Assembly (NCBI GenBank): GCA_964187785.1
Contig: OZ076409.1
Coordinates: 52,578,001-52,642,000 of the forward strand
Length of the DNA stretch: 64,000 nt
Direction of reading: 5' to 3'
Source of the DNA: Amphiscolops sp. MND2022
Lineage: Eukaryota
Position numbers and translations under genes: made by a program. Position 1 is the first letter of the stretch, and the number at the start of each line of letters is the position of its first letter. This document shows, piece after piece, positions 51,371 through 64,000 of the stretch. The notes under the pieces are model-generated. The model ran no database searches and had not been told where the DNA came from. It was given only the letters and a program-made list of their open reading frames with translations.

Positions 51371-52209
51371 GTTAAATGTGCCAAAGTTGGTTCTCTAGGG
51401 CGAGAACTAACAGGACAGTACTGTTCTTTTCTCGCCCTAATTCGGTAATCTTTGTAAATACATTAATGACCTTGCTGTTTTTTGAATTCCCAATTAAATT
51501 AATTATTCTCTTTGTGAAAGTGTTCTGAACGTCGTGAATGGTTTTGACAATTAGTTTGAGTGGTAGACGTCTCCTTATTTCTGATCTTCTTGCAAAACAA
51601 TAGAACCGGTTTTTTCTAATTCCGATAACGCCGGAAAAAGAAATTTTCGCTCGAAGTATAACAGCTTGCATCAGAAGTTTCCTCTAATTGCGTTTGATCA
51701 AAGGCAGTGTTTAGATCAGAGCATGGCACCGCTTTCATACATACTGCTTGCATTAGCTTCGGTAATTTGTACCGTGCCATGGATCTAACGCCACAAAAAA
51801 CACTTGTGCAATCTCAACGCAGAAATCAGTACTTGAGTTCGTATGATCAATTCCTTCAACTCTGCAAACCTAATCACACTTTGTTTTTCAAAGTCAAGTG
51901 TCTATTGTTCTCAGTTCACATTTACTACTACAAGTTGAGAGGCTGAAGGTTAAAAAACGACATTCGATATTATAATTCGAATACCACCGCGTGTTCGCAG
52001 CAGCTCAAAAAGAGCTATGCGGGTGGAGTTCAACAATTCTAGGCGGGCGGTTTTCTGCTGCTTTTTTAGAATTCGATTTGATTGAAAGGGTTCGGGAGAG
52101 TCTCGAAAAAACGAATCCCAATGCTGACCATAGTGTAGATCATAGGCATCATCGTTGCCAATCGTGGCTGTTGGCGCATGACATCACAATGATCGCGAAT
52201 TTATTGTTA

Positions 52210-52280
52210 GTCCACTTAGCATAGTGGTTCAGTCCTTGCCTTTGAACCACACCGAGCAGGTTCGAATCCATGAAGGCGCA
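52210..52280 (+). pseudogene. tRNA-derived fragment or SINE head
   Basis: A-box-like TAGCATAGTGG, B box GGTTCGAATCC, followed by a T run; the acceptor stem does not pair. Confidence 0.5.
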
Positions 52281-53309
52281 TCTTTTTGTTTCTTCATTTT
52301 TGTTGTATCATTCACTTCGATTGACCTCTAATTATTTGATTGTACTGTTGCTCTTTTCTCATTTATAGTATTTACCGATTGATGATCACTTATTCACCGA
52401 TCAAATGCTCAATAATGTGAACGTATATAAACAACCTGCTGAAACCTTTTTGTTGCTCTCGGGCTGTAAGTGTCATTTATGTTTCCCAATAACCAGTCAA
52501 CGACCAGCCTTCATGTTTTCACTCTTCTTCTTTCATTTATCATTCATACCGTCAATAAACGACGTTCTCAAATATAGATCTCTTGCCTTGAGTCAAGACC
52601 CAAATCGCAATAGTTTGAACTCTATCTTTGAGTTCCTTCAATCTTCTTAGTTCGAACTCTTTCTTGAGTTCCCCCGTTGTAGCTTGAGAGCTACCCCGAA
52701 ACAGTGGCTATAGTGTAATCGGCGAAAAGTCTTATGCGTCTGCGAAGTACGCAGTCGTACCAGGCTTCACGACAGCCTTAGTTGTCACTTGCGAGCAGGC
52801 TTTTGCATCTTCTCTCCTGATTGGAAACCTGCAAAACCAATGGTTGCGCTAGAACTGTTCAAACATGATTCCCCTTTTACAAGGACTAAATGGTAATTTA
52901 TTCATGTACTCAAAAATTAGCATGTGAGTATAAAAAATTGTCATTACAAAAACAAAACTTATTAGAGGTTTGAAAATCGTACCGGTTTTGTAAATCTTTT
53001 CATTTTTTTCTGAAATCTTTGCAGTTTTTGATAGTTAGTTTGCAATAACCAAAGATTTCACGTTAATTAAACATCTACACAGGAGCTAAGAAGTTTTTCA
53101 CAGCAGTGATTTTTTCCAGTGGAAAGTTTGGCCTTTTTTGCAATACTGTAAAACTTGAATGGATCGTACTTTCCAGCACACCATACGAAAGACACGACAG
53201 TAGCCCTAAAGACTTCCTTGGTTGTTTGAATTAGAAATGCCAACCGATTTTCAATCAGCATTTTGAATATTCGCTGATACAAGAACTTTAACTTTACAGA
53301 AAAAACAAC

Positions 53310-55085
53310 TGTGGCAGACTGCCGCCTGCGACGGCAACTTATTGTAATGTTTCCTCAAGAAACGACGATGTGCTTCTGCTTCCAGGAGTTCTTCCTATTT
53401 GAATTCGGACCAAAATTCACCACAGCTACAACACATCTAATACTCAATAACAAGAAACAATTTTAGCTTCATAAATGCTCTAGTATTTCTAGTATTTATT
53501 TATTATACGGAACCAGTTGCGCTCAAATGTTAAGATGATGTATTTATGTTAAATTCAATGAAGAACAAGTAACTGTAAAAGGTAAAGGAAACACGTTCAA
53601 CTGGTCTGTCGTTTAGCACAGTCGACGCTCTGTCCAAACTTGCCTTTAACCAATAATCTTTGCTTATTCAGCTTATTCAGCCTAGTCTGCCGGACTAAAA
53701 GTCCATAACCTTCCATTAGTGCGTTTATCACTGCCATGTCAAAAAACACGGAAATGAAACTAATCTCACTGACAAATTTATACTTTTAATATTATGCATG
53801 AATACCCTATATAGTAAAACTAGGATTGGTTATATGTAAAATCAAGTTGCCATTCATAGAATTATGCCCCTTTGATGACGTAACGGTGATGTAAAATGCT
53901 ATTTTTAGGAGCGTGACACCTGTTTTTTCAGTGTCATGATGGGGAGAGTATAAATCCCCGAACAGGGACTAGTGAGAGATTGGATGAAAAAGGGCTTCCA
54001 CGAGATACACTGATTATTGTCAAACCTGATCTACTATTTTGTTACTGTTCTACTTTCATACTAGATCAAATCCACTATTGAAAACAGTCCCCATTCTTTG
54101 GAATGCCTTTTACCAGAAAACAGAAAGCAAGCGAAAAACACTCTGGTCAATCTGATCTGATCTCCGACTTAGGGGATATGAACATGATGATAAGATTTTT
54201 TTCTGAAAACAAAGTTGAGAATAACTCAATGGACAGGGAAACCGAAGAGAAAAAAGCGAAAGAACTGCGGAAACTGCTAAGTGTTTCAATATAAAACTAA
54301 CTAGTCAGATGTGTGAAAAGTTTGATGAAATTTGAATCAACTTAAATTCGCAAATCCCACTAATAATAGATGCTGCTTTTATTGAGAAAGTGATGCCCCA
54401 GCGGTCTAAGGGAATACAAGGGAGTCTGAAGCTAGTGCAAGTTATAACAAGCCGAGAACGGCCAAAGTCGGCGCTATATCTAAGGCTCAAAATTGTAAAA
54501 GGGGGGACGCTTCGGGCTTTGTGAAACTCCAGCTGGTTGCAAAATTTGAAAAAAAATTGAGGGGGAGCCCTTTGAAGACTTGAAAAAATTTCCAAAAAAA
54601 ATTTGAAAATGATATTTTTGAACAGTGTCACAGTGCCGAAAAAAGTCAAAGTGGAGGCCCTTTGGGATTTTTTGGATCCCATTGTGTTGCAAAATGTCGA
54701 AAAAATGAAGAGGGGACCCTTTGTGCAATCCAAAAAGTTTCAAAAAAGTCGCATAATGCCGAAAAAAAGTGGGACTATGAGGTATCCTTAGTGTGATTTC
54801 GAAGTTCCGGACGTCTGTTTTGTTTCGTTTTTTGTTGAGGTTCGAGTTGTTGAGGTTTGAGGTTTGACGTTGTTGAACAAATGAACAGAAAAGTAGACCT
54901 TACGCGTCTAAAAAAAACTACCCACTGTAAGAGTCGGGCGCATTTTCTACTAAAATGCGCCGACTAATAAAAACGATCAAATCAACCCAAAATGTCTTTT
55001 ACAAAATGTAACTTGATGGAGAAAGAGTTCTGTGGAACAGAATTCAGGCAACTGTGGAACAGAGGAAAAGCGAAGAGTTATGACA
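53310..55085 (+). mobile_element. Gypsy solo LTR with MPFTRKQK ORF (54103), interrupted by a HINE-like insertion
   Basis: TGTGGCAGACTGCCGCC...TTATGACA with a 5-bp TSD ACAAC. Confidence 0.85.
54446..54967 (+). mobile_element. DINE/HINE-like non-autonomous repeat nested in the LTR
   Basis: AACAAGCCGAGAACGGCCAAAGTCGG start; 3' hairpin AGTCGGGCGCATTTT-CTACT-AAAATGCGCCGACT; A-rich flanks. Confidence 0.6.
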
Positions 55086-55224
55086 ACAACTTTGACAGAT
55101 TGACAACCGTAGCTTGTAACATCAAAGAAGCTCCTTTAAAATTAAAATAATTTGACACTCTGCTGAACTTCAAGTTGATAATACACGCCAAAATGTTTGA
55201 GAATCAATGTTTTTAAACGGAAAG

Positions 55225-56900
55225 TGTAATGAGTATCCTCTTCGTCCTCGTCTCTAATCAGGTTTCGATGAAAATCATCTCACAAACTACTCCTGAACTT
55301 CCTGTTCAGGCTTCTTCAGATCTGTAATCCGGTCTCTCAGCCGGAAGTTCCATCCTTCACGAGGCACTGGTCCTTGTCCGGACGTAAGCGTAGCTTGAAT
55401 CTGAGGCAAAAATTGCTCTTTAATTGCTTCACTTATGGCCTTCTGGATCTGGTAACTTACACTACTAGGTAAATCATTCATCTCTTGAGTGATCCTTCGA
55501 TTTAATTCCCCAGACAGTCTATTGATTTCACGGTTAGAATCAGTTTCTCTCGAGTTTTGGCCGTTTCTGGCAAAACCACCAATTTCATTCTCTATAGAGT
55601 TGGAGTGAGAATTTGAGTCATGATTAGTTAGGGCATTGTAACTAGGGCTTTCTGGTCTCCGAAATGAGTTTCTAAGCTCGCTTTCCTCTCTTTCAAAGTG
55701 GTTGCTACATAGCTTTATATCCCTGTTTTCAATGTCTGATAACCTGATAAACTATCAGTGTCTGTAGATTTTTTACCCCTGCTCTTTTGCTTTCTCGTAG
55801 TAGGCATGAACATGAAGAATATTCCATAGTAACGTTTGAGTTATGTTATCGGAAAGCGATTATTTCACAAACGGTTTGAACACTGGTTAGCTCGGAAACT
55901 TGTGTCAGACTTCCAGAGCTGGAGGTATATATACCCCTTAAGGCATGACAGTTACAATTTTTGCATTTCATCAAAAACATATTTATCATAAATAATAATA
56001 ATACATAAGGGCCAGTGAAATCTCTCTTATGAAGCATTTGAGTATTGTTAATAAATTTTTGAGGTTCTTGAAAGTTGTGTCTTGTAATGATCATGTGATC
56101 TAGAGGAAACCTCACATGATCACCGGATACTACATTCCTGGAAGGTCACCTGACCATCAGCGGTTGGAGCATCAAAGCTACGGGAAAATCTAAAAGCCTA
56201 CTACACAACATTTTGAAAGCAAATTCAAATAAAACAACGTAATATTATTAGCTGCAAAATTTCTTCAAATTGTCAACTAAAAGCAAAAAATATTACAATT
56301 ATGCATCAACATTATCAGGCACACATTTACACGCGAACCATTTCAGGTTACAAAAATGGAACAAACTTCAAGTTACGAGAATGGAATTAACTAGTGTAAT
56401 AGCCGAATACAGCCATCAGACGCAACATTCCACTTGGAGCAAGAGCCGGAATATGTCCGGAGACTGTTATTTAGCACACTTCACAAACTGAATAATGACT
56501 ACTTCAAGAACCAACACTAGTTACTAATAAAGCATTCATAGCGCGTTGAGTACTAGCCACTTTATTTGGCCGGAACCGGCCATTTGCCTAACCACTATTA
56601 TTTTACAGCGACGATTCAGTCAAACGGCCGTAACCGGCAAATAACTATACTGCACTATGAGAATGTAGAGCGATGATTGGTTTATTGGGCACTGATATAT
56701 ATCGCTGCCGTGAAAGTACGTGAGCTCATTCGAACTCGTTTCTGTACATCTACGAAGTGTTATAACATTTGCTTAACATTACAGCTTTCACAGCTCTTAT
56801 TACAATTCATCGCATTAAACAATTCAACTAACAATTTTAACTTTCTAGGATAAAACATTAACAGACTAATCCTTCCCATATCCAAAACAAGAACGTAGCA
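55225..56900 (-). repeat. Gypsy LTR (probably the 3' LTR of the element at right), MPTTRK ORF start at ~55807
   Basis: Homologous to the 27101-28789 LTR (GGAACCGGCC, ACGGCCRTAACCGGCAA, GAACTCGTTTC); ends ...CATTACA. Outer boundary uncertain. Confidence 0.7.
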
Positions 56901-59900
56901 ACAATATAAAATATTGTTAAATTGCAAAAGTAATTGCACCTACTGATCGTCCGCAAACCAAACTCCCAATATAGCGTGTTTCACTCACGTTCTGGTACGG
57001 CTTCGTGTTTTGGATGTGATAGGCGGCTCTGAAACTCGAATCTGAAAATTGGCCGATCAGAGTCTCTACTACTAGTCCTCTTTTGTGCGGAGGAGAAAAC
57101 ATAGGTGAATCTGCGACTGGAATTATTGTCTTGCACAACTGAACTCTTCGACAGGGGCGTAACACAGCTTCCCGTCGAATTGTACTTTGCTAAGTTTGAG
57201 GGCAACGCCTCCACACGTCTGACTTGTGCTAGGCCTAGCCACCATTTCTTCTTTCGTTTCGCCCACTGTCAATACACTTCCTCCGATTAACATTGGGCTG
57301 GACCTCTCGCTCAATCCACCTCACCAGTTCCTCCGTGTCTGTGGACCAGTCAGACTCCCAGCAATCCAATTCTTTCTCCTCCTCATTGCTGGAGATATAA
57401 ACCAAAGAGTCAACTGATGATGTTGGGCTAATTTTATCAGCTTCAAACAACCTTTTAGATAAGTTGTATTTTCGCAGTTTGAGTTTTTTCCCTATTTTGA
57501 ACAACTACGGGCAACTGAGCTCGGTGAAGATTCAGATAGAATGAATCCTGTTGATAATTTTCCGACAGGGACAGTCAGAGCGATTTCCCGGCAATTTTGT
57601 TTATGCATGAGAAACTCCGGTATATTGCCCTGAGTCGGCGTAACTTTTCTGAAAGGAAATTTTCTGCCGACGGTACCCTTTGAACTCCAATTCTTTACCC
57701 GCATCATCATCTACACCTCGAGAACATCGCTTGAGTTGTTGTCATCAAACAAACTTAACTCAAGATGGTAATTAGCGGCGCCGCTAAAAAAAACTGGACG
57801 AAACGAAACAGAGAAAAACGGCCTTACTGGGCTCTAACTAACTAAGTTGTAAATAAGGAAGACGAGCCCGTACATTTCGCTGGCAGACTTTTGTACCTTT
57901 TAAATATGTAATTTGTACCTTTTAAAAGACAATGTACCTTTAAAATGTGTAAATAATCACAACAAAACAATATTTACTTCTGGTAAGTGTTTCAGCCACA
58001 AACTCCAACTTTTGAATTCCAATAGCAATTTTGACACTTTCAATTGTTATATTTGATTTTCTGTTCCATTTCTTCAATTCTTCAGTAGTCGGCTTTGCAA
58101 TTTTCCAAGTAGTCAAAGCTTCCGTTTTGGCGGAATTCGGTTAACATCCCTCAACTTCACCGTCCTTATTGGGAGGATTCTTTAGATTGCAGATCATTGC
58201 TTCAGGCAGACTTGTCTTCACCACAAGGTTGGTCTGGATTTCCTTTGAACGAGCAAACTCGATCGGGATTTTTTGTTCATATTCGCTTCATGTTTCTTGT
58301 TCAGAGTGCGTTAAAACATGTCTTGTTCGCTTTGAATGAAATACTTCAGTAAAATTTTAATGCGGTAAAGTGGATCTCTATCAAGGAAACACACCGCTAA
58401 TTTTCTTTCCCTTTCGTTTAGGTGAACAATCAGAAGAGAACGCTGAAACACCAGATTCTGCCCAAGTAACAACTTCCAGAAGCTCTGAACCTCAACCCAA
58501 AATTCCCCAAGTTGGCAGAAAAACCCAGGGATCTCCTTCCAGCTTCGGTAGCGAGGTAAAGGTTAACCTCTTTGCTGAAGAGGTGGTTAACTTGATGGAG
58601 AAAACGCAACCAGCTATGCCGGAAACTTCCTTGAATAACTGCCCACCGGCTGAGACTGGCATTACCAGCCTAATATTGATGAGTCCCAAAGTACAACTAT
58701 TCCCAGAACTAGTACCCCTGTGCCCATGGAGAGGTTAGAAAAGACTTCGCTTAAGTCTACTGTAAAAGTTCCCATCTCTTCAAGGACACAGCTCCCTGAA
58801 TTACTTCTTGCTGTCGATCAGGGTAGGTAGGGTGAAACCTGCCGTTAGTTTTTTCCTGGGATCGACGACGATTCCACCTCCGTTTGTGATGTCCCATCCC
58901 TACCATATCAAGAACCTCGTGTTCCATATTTGACTGACATGAGTGAGGGAGAGATGACTGGTGACGACATTAGTCAGCTTGATTATTCTCTTTATCCACG
59001 AGGTCACCCCTGGGGGTCACGAACTGAAGGAGAGGACGAATCCGGTTTGGAGGCACGACAGCCTGGTGCCTCCTCCTTCCCTAACACAACAACCGTGACG
59101 TTTGGACCTAGAGACCAAGTTTTGTCAGGCCGCAGCAGTGCGATAGTGGAGGAATAAATTGATGACACTCCACCCTTTTCACTCAACGTGGGACATCCCA
59201 CAGTTGCTTTCAGTGCGCCACCTTCTTCGGATAATGGCCAATGAGACTATTGGGATGTCCTTTTCTACAACGGAGCGAAAGGTGATTGACGAATTAAGGG
59301 GCACTCCAACTGTCACAAAATCCAGAACAGAACACTTCCGAACTCACAGTTGTGCACAAACCCCCTTCAGAGACTACCAAGGAGATTTCAATCAGGATGG
59401 GTTCAGCACTGATTCCGATCCCGAATCTGGGACCCTTGGAACATCCACTACCTCTGGACCAGCTGCAGGCCAGTACTTTTATGAGGAAAGTGACAATGCG
59501 GGGGAAGAAGCCCTGCTTGAGCAATCCTCCCATCTTCATAAAACTCCATAGACCGACACTGCTGGACAACTTGCAAGTGTAGCTAACCAGGGCCCTGATT
59601 CAAGTGGACCCAGTGCCCAAGACGTCACACTATCTGCAATTCAGAGTACCTGTCCGTAACCTTCCTAACATTTTGGTGCTGATTTCAACCTCCGAGCCGG
59701 AAATGGTCGCTCCTTTTGACGAGTTCATAATTGTTCACCTGGAATTGTTCGTCAGTGATTATGACGAATACTCCCTTTTCTGTTGACCTTTCTAGGATGA
59801 AGGTTGGGAATTCTATTTTGTAAATGTGAGCAGTTTCGTTGTCAACCTGGAACATCGCCGGGATGCCACCTTCTTTCTCTGTGGAGGTGAGCAGTTTCAT

Positions 59901-61009
59901 CTATCGTCTCTGCTTCCTGTGTTACACCTCCAACAGTACCTCTTTGGAAAACATCTGGTTTCAGTTGCTGTCTTTCCGTTTGAGCCAGGGAACTTTCGTG
60001 CGTTAGCAACAGTTCCTTATCCGCTAAATTTGACCAGCAAAGTTCAGCCGGCTTCTGGGTGGCACATTGCAACAAGTTGGCTTAACTTCCAACCTCACCA
60101 AGGACTGGCGGCTTTTGACCCATTCGGTATGTTTAAACGCCTCACGGAAGTAGCGCTTCGACACTTCGACCTTTTAAGCAGGACTTTCCAACTCTGCTCC
60201 TGGTGCAAACGAGGCTGCCTGCCGCGATCAGTATTTAGAGCTTTTTGATTTCCTCAAGACTCATAACTGCCGACTTTGAAATTACTAGTGTGTCCAAAGA
60301 CCTGATCGATTTTTTTATGGAACTTGAGTTCTTACAGACAAAGTCCTCTCTCATATCTATTCCCGCAGTCCCCATTGTGCCGCTGCCGCTGTCACAATGG
60401 GAGCAATTGACACAACAGCCCTCCAGCTATTACTGATGTCCTTTTGCCCGGACAAAATTATTTGGTCGGGGTTCCAGGTTCAGTGTCCTTTTGCACTCAA
60501 GATTCCAACCTTGCCAAGTTTACCCTGCTTGCCGTACATTTTGGTAGGACTGCATTTGCCACCGACTACGACACTTGGACATATGTGGATTGTTTTGGGC
60601 AGTTTACTCTATACAAATCTTCGGTGGCGCCACATAATGCCGTTCTGGCTGGGCCCAAGAGGAGTATCACACTAGAAGGAGGTGACGTGGCCTCACTTTT
60701 CAATCGATGAGGAAACGCCAATGTAACGCCACTGGAGCTCCTCTTTCATCAGTAGCTGGAGATTCCTCATTTGATTCCTCTAATTGATTAAATGTACATA
60801 TGTATTTTTGGACGCATTCGGACTGTAAACTTCCTAAACCCGTATGTTTTCATATATTTGTTTTCTAATGCAATCGTCAAGTTCCTGTATTTTTTCCCTT
60901 AAAGGATCGTTACCAGATCATCCCCATATTTTTTCTCGCTAAACTACGGAGAGATAGAAAAATAAAAAAAAAACAAAGAACACTCGTTTGCGAGTTTAAT
61001 TCAAACCTT

Positions 61010-64000
61010 TAGTATATGAATTCTTTTGACGAATGTGGATTGGAGTTGGGTCTGAGGTTGAATTCCCTCACCTATGGATTAGATTTTCGTTTCTATCATC
61101 ACTTTGAGATATTTCGGGCACGATGATTTCATCCCCACATTTGAAGGATTCTTTGAATCATTTTCATTAAAAGGAGTTCCTTCAGTGATATTTGTATCGT
61201 TTTCTCGGTTTTTCGGCGGATCCGAGAAAGTTTTTGTTCGAATTTTGTGGTAAACGGTCCATTCCGGCCGATCCGAATTTTCATTTATAGTCGCTTCACT
61301 AGCTTCATTTTTTGCTGACGCCATCGTCTAACTTCCACTTCGTCGTTGCGCTGTCTCGTTGACGCCATTTGGTCCGATTTGTGTTGGTATGTAATCCATT
61401 TCCCGTTCGTCTACGTGACATGGTTCATCGTTTGACGTGACCCTCTGTTCGCATCTTGGCAAGTGAGTCGGATTAGGTGCGCTGCTTCGTATTTCTAATT
61501 GGCTACCAAATCTGACTCCCAAGTTATCGTGTAAAGTTCATTTTGCAAAAATTATAATTTCCTTACCAGGCTGTAATTTCTCTTCACGACAGTTATCGTC
61601 AAATGGTTGGTTGGGAACAAATTTTTTGAGTCGAAAACGATGTAAAATTTGAGTTTTGTTCATGTTAAAACGGAGTACAATATAGTTTTCATTAGGTAAG
61701 ACCTTTTTTACTGGCCAACCCAACGGTAAACCTAAACTGGGGTTTTCGACACTTGATGATCAGCTTTATGTTGCAATAAAACGAAACAGTAGTCCTTCTT
61801 CTTGAATGGAGCTGCTTTTGCTTTGCAGTCATAATACTACTTATGTTTAAGATAGAAGTGCATCATACCTTGTTTTGTTTTTTCAATGAGCAGTCTAGTT
61901 CGATTTTGTATTTCTTCGGCAAAGTCAGTTGTAGGGTTATTCTGCTCGTTTGGATTGTTTCCAAGCTTGTGGTCCTGAATATTGTGAGGAAGGCTGCCAT
62001 GGAATACTCGTGTTGGTTCACAACCAATGCTCGCATGATGGCTGGTATTGTGGTTCGGAACTGCAAGGGGTAGATATTTATGCCATTGTCGGTCATATTC
62101 TCCACATGCCATTTTGTGATTTGTCTTGAGAAAGGCGTGTGTTAGCTCTAGTTTCCCAACCGTTTGCGGATTTTTGGTTGTTGCACATTTTAGTAATTCA
62201 CAAAAATTGTGTAATTTCCTTAATAATCGTGGAAGTGAACGCAATTCTTTTGTCAGTAATCAATTTCGTCGGTAGGTATGCGAGCCTAGAAGATAAGCGA
62301 ATAGGTAACGCGAAAAGACATCGATTGCAGTAAGCACGTTTGATTACCCTCCACTTGGTGGAAGATTCGGCAATAGGTCGATCTGTTTTGCGTCTTCGGA
62401 CCAAGGTCCATTCCGGCAAACTGAGTAGTTCGGGTGTAATCGTTGCATTGGAGACTCTCTTGTTTTTTGCGCATTGTTGACACGCCTCTACCCGTTATTT
62501 GACGTGTTTCACTATGCTGGGGTACTATTACTTTTGTATGATCTCCTGCAGCATTTTTGATATACCAGGGTGCCTATGGGCTATCCCGTGAAATGACTGA
62601 GGCGATTCTTTGAGTATGTGTTGCGGGAGAAGTATTTGGTGGTATTTTACATTTCCCATTTCTTCAAAGTATTGCCGAGTCAGGTTGTTTACCTTGACCA
62701 CAATACGCTCAACGTTGCTAGCGTAGTCTCGGTATCTGTCTTCTTGTTGCAGTATGCGCTCTGAATATTCTTCAAGAAGGAGTTTGGCCTTCAATTGTTG
62801 CAATACTGCATCTTTAGAATGCACAATATTGTTCTGGTTACTTTTGCGCAGTCGCATCTGTTTTCAGGTTGTTGTCGTATTAAGTTGGTAAAAACAATTG
62901 GAATTGTTATAATAGATTCTGCGCTGGCAATGTTTCGTCTGGTTTCTTCCTTTCTCGCTCAATGTTGTTCTTCAGTTTCTTGATGATAGGTTGTATAGAA
63001 AAATTGTACTCCTTGCATTACCACGGCTGATTGAACATTGATTTCGATTGGTAGGGTTTGTACATCCTCGCGGATTTTCGTGACCAGTTTGACTTTTGGA
63101 TCCGCTTCGGGACAGGATAGGTAATCTGCTGCTGTGTTCTGTGCTTCTGGGACGTGAGCTATTACAAAATTGAATTGTATGACATAACCACAAGCATTCA
63201 GCAGGGCTGACGTTACGATTTTTTCCGGAAAAATCGCGTCAGACCTTTGTTTTCAGTGAGGTTAGAGACCGGTTTAGGCGCTCCCCAGAAGATATGTCCA
63301 AATTCTCTGAATGCAAAAAATTTTGCAATGAACTCTCTTGCGTATATTCACATCTTGAATTCAGTGAAGGTTTTTGAATCAGAAGCCACTGGGGCGTATG
63401 ACTTGCGGACTGAAGTAAACTTTTGGTAAGGGTCATCTTCTAAGTGGACTGCATATCCAGCAGCGGCAATACTCGCATCCGTCATTCAGGCGATTTGTTC
63501 GTTAGGAAGTGGCTGCTGTAGAGTTAGGTCGCCCGATTTGTCAAGTGCATTATTAATTTCTTCAAATTGTTGAACCAATTTTTTAGGATCTACGACCTTT
63601 TCGTCACTACTTCAGCATCTTGTAGAATGGGGCTAGGCGTTAGGACAGTCTTGGCACGTAATTACGGTAACAATTCAAGAGTCCCAAACATCTTTGTAAG
63701 GTAATTTTCGACTTTAGAAATTTGGTCTTTTCCAGAAAGTTTTGAGCGTTTTGTTTCTGGGGTTTAACGCCTTGAGGGGTAATAGTTCTTCCACGAAATC
63801 AATTTTGGTTGCTCCAAAATGACGTTTGTGCATTGTAAGTTTAAGGCCTGCCTCATGAATACAATTGAAGGTTGCTCTCTGGTTGGCAATGAGGTGGTCG
63901 GCATCATTGGCGACGATACCGATGTCGTCCACATATTGAGCACACTGATCCGCTTTCAAAAGTTTGTCGAGGTATTTCCTCATAAAGCACGAAAACCCAT
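61010..64000 (-). mobile_element. Gypsy pol remnant (RT-RNase H-integrase), running off the window end
   Basis: RT QYVDD, RNase H TDAS..AAG, integrase H-HPG zinc region and WHKYLPLAV..HNTSHH.SIG. The RT-RH-INT order is Gypsy-type. Confidence 0.9.

Noticed and set aside
52210..52280. Functional tRNA-Gln(TTG)
   Set aside because: Acceptor and anticodon stems do not pair properly.

Overview
AT-rich eukaryotic (invertebrate-like) DNA made mostly of mobile elements, with one clear host gene: a 3-exon tetraspanin at 20357-21842. The main feature is a complete but decaying 14.2 kb Polinton/Maverick (adintovirus-like) element at 4173-18412. It has ~230-bp TIRs and encodes an adenain protease, minor and major capsid proteins, an rve integrase, a protein-primed PolB with an endonuclease-VII-like insert, and two A32/FtsK-like ATPases (one Zn-finger-fused, one with an N-terminal membrane helix). 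No short TSD is visible. Instead the element is bracketed by two direct copies of a ~170-bp structured, tRNA-like unit that also contains the 16-nt 5' terminus of the local Gypsy LTR family. That Gypsy family (5 LTR copies here) has ~1.3-1.8 kb LTRs containing the start of the gag ORF, so the PBS lies inside the reading frame. The rest comprises CMC/EnSpm-like MITEs, DINE/HINE-like repeats, a degenerate LINE, a tRNA-derived fragment and a 200-N scaffold gap. All family calls rest on motifs read by eye; no database searches were run.
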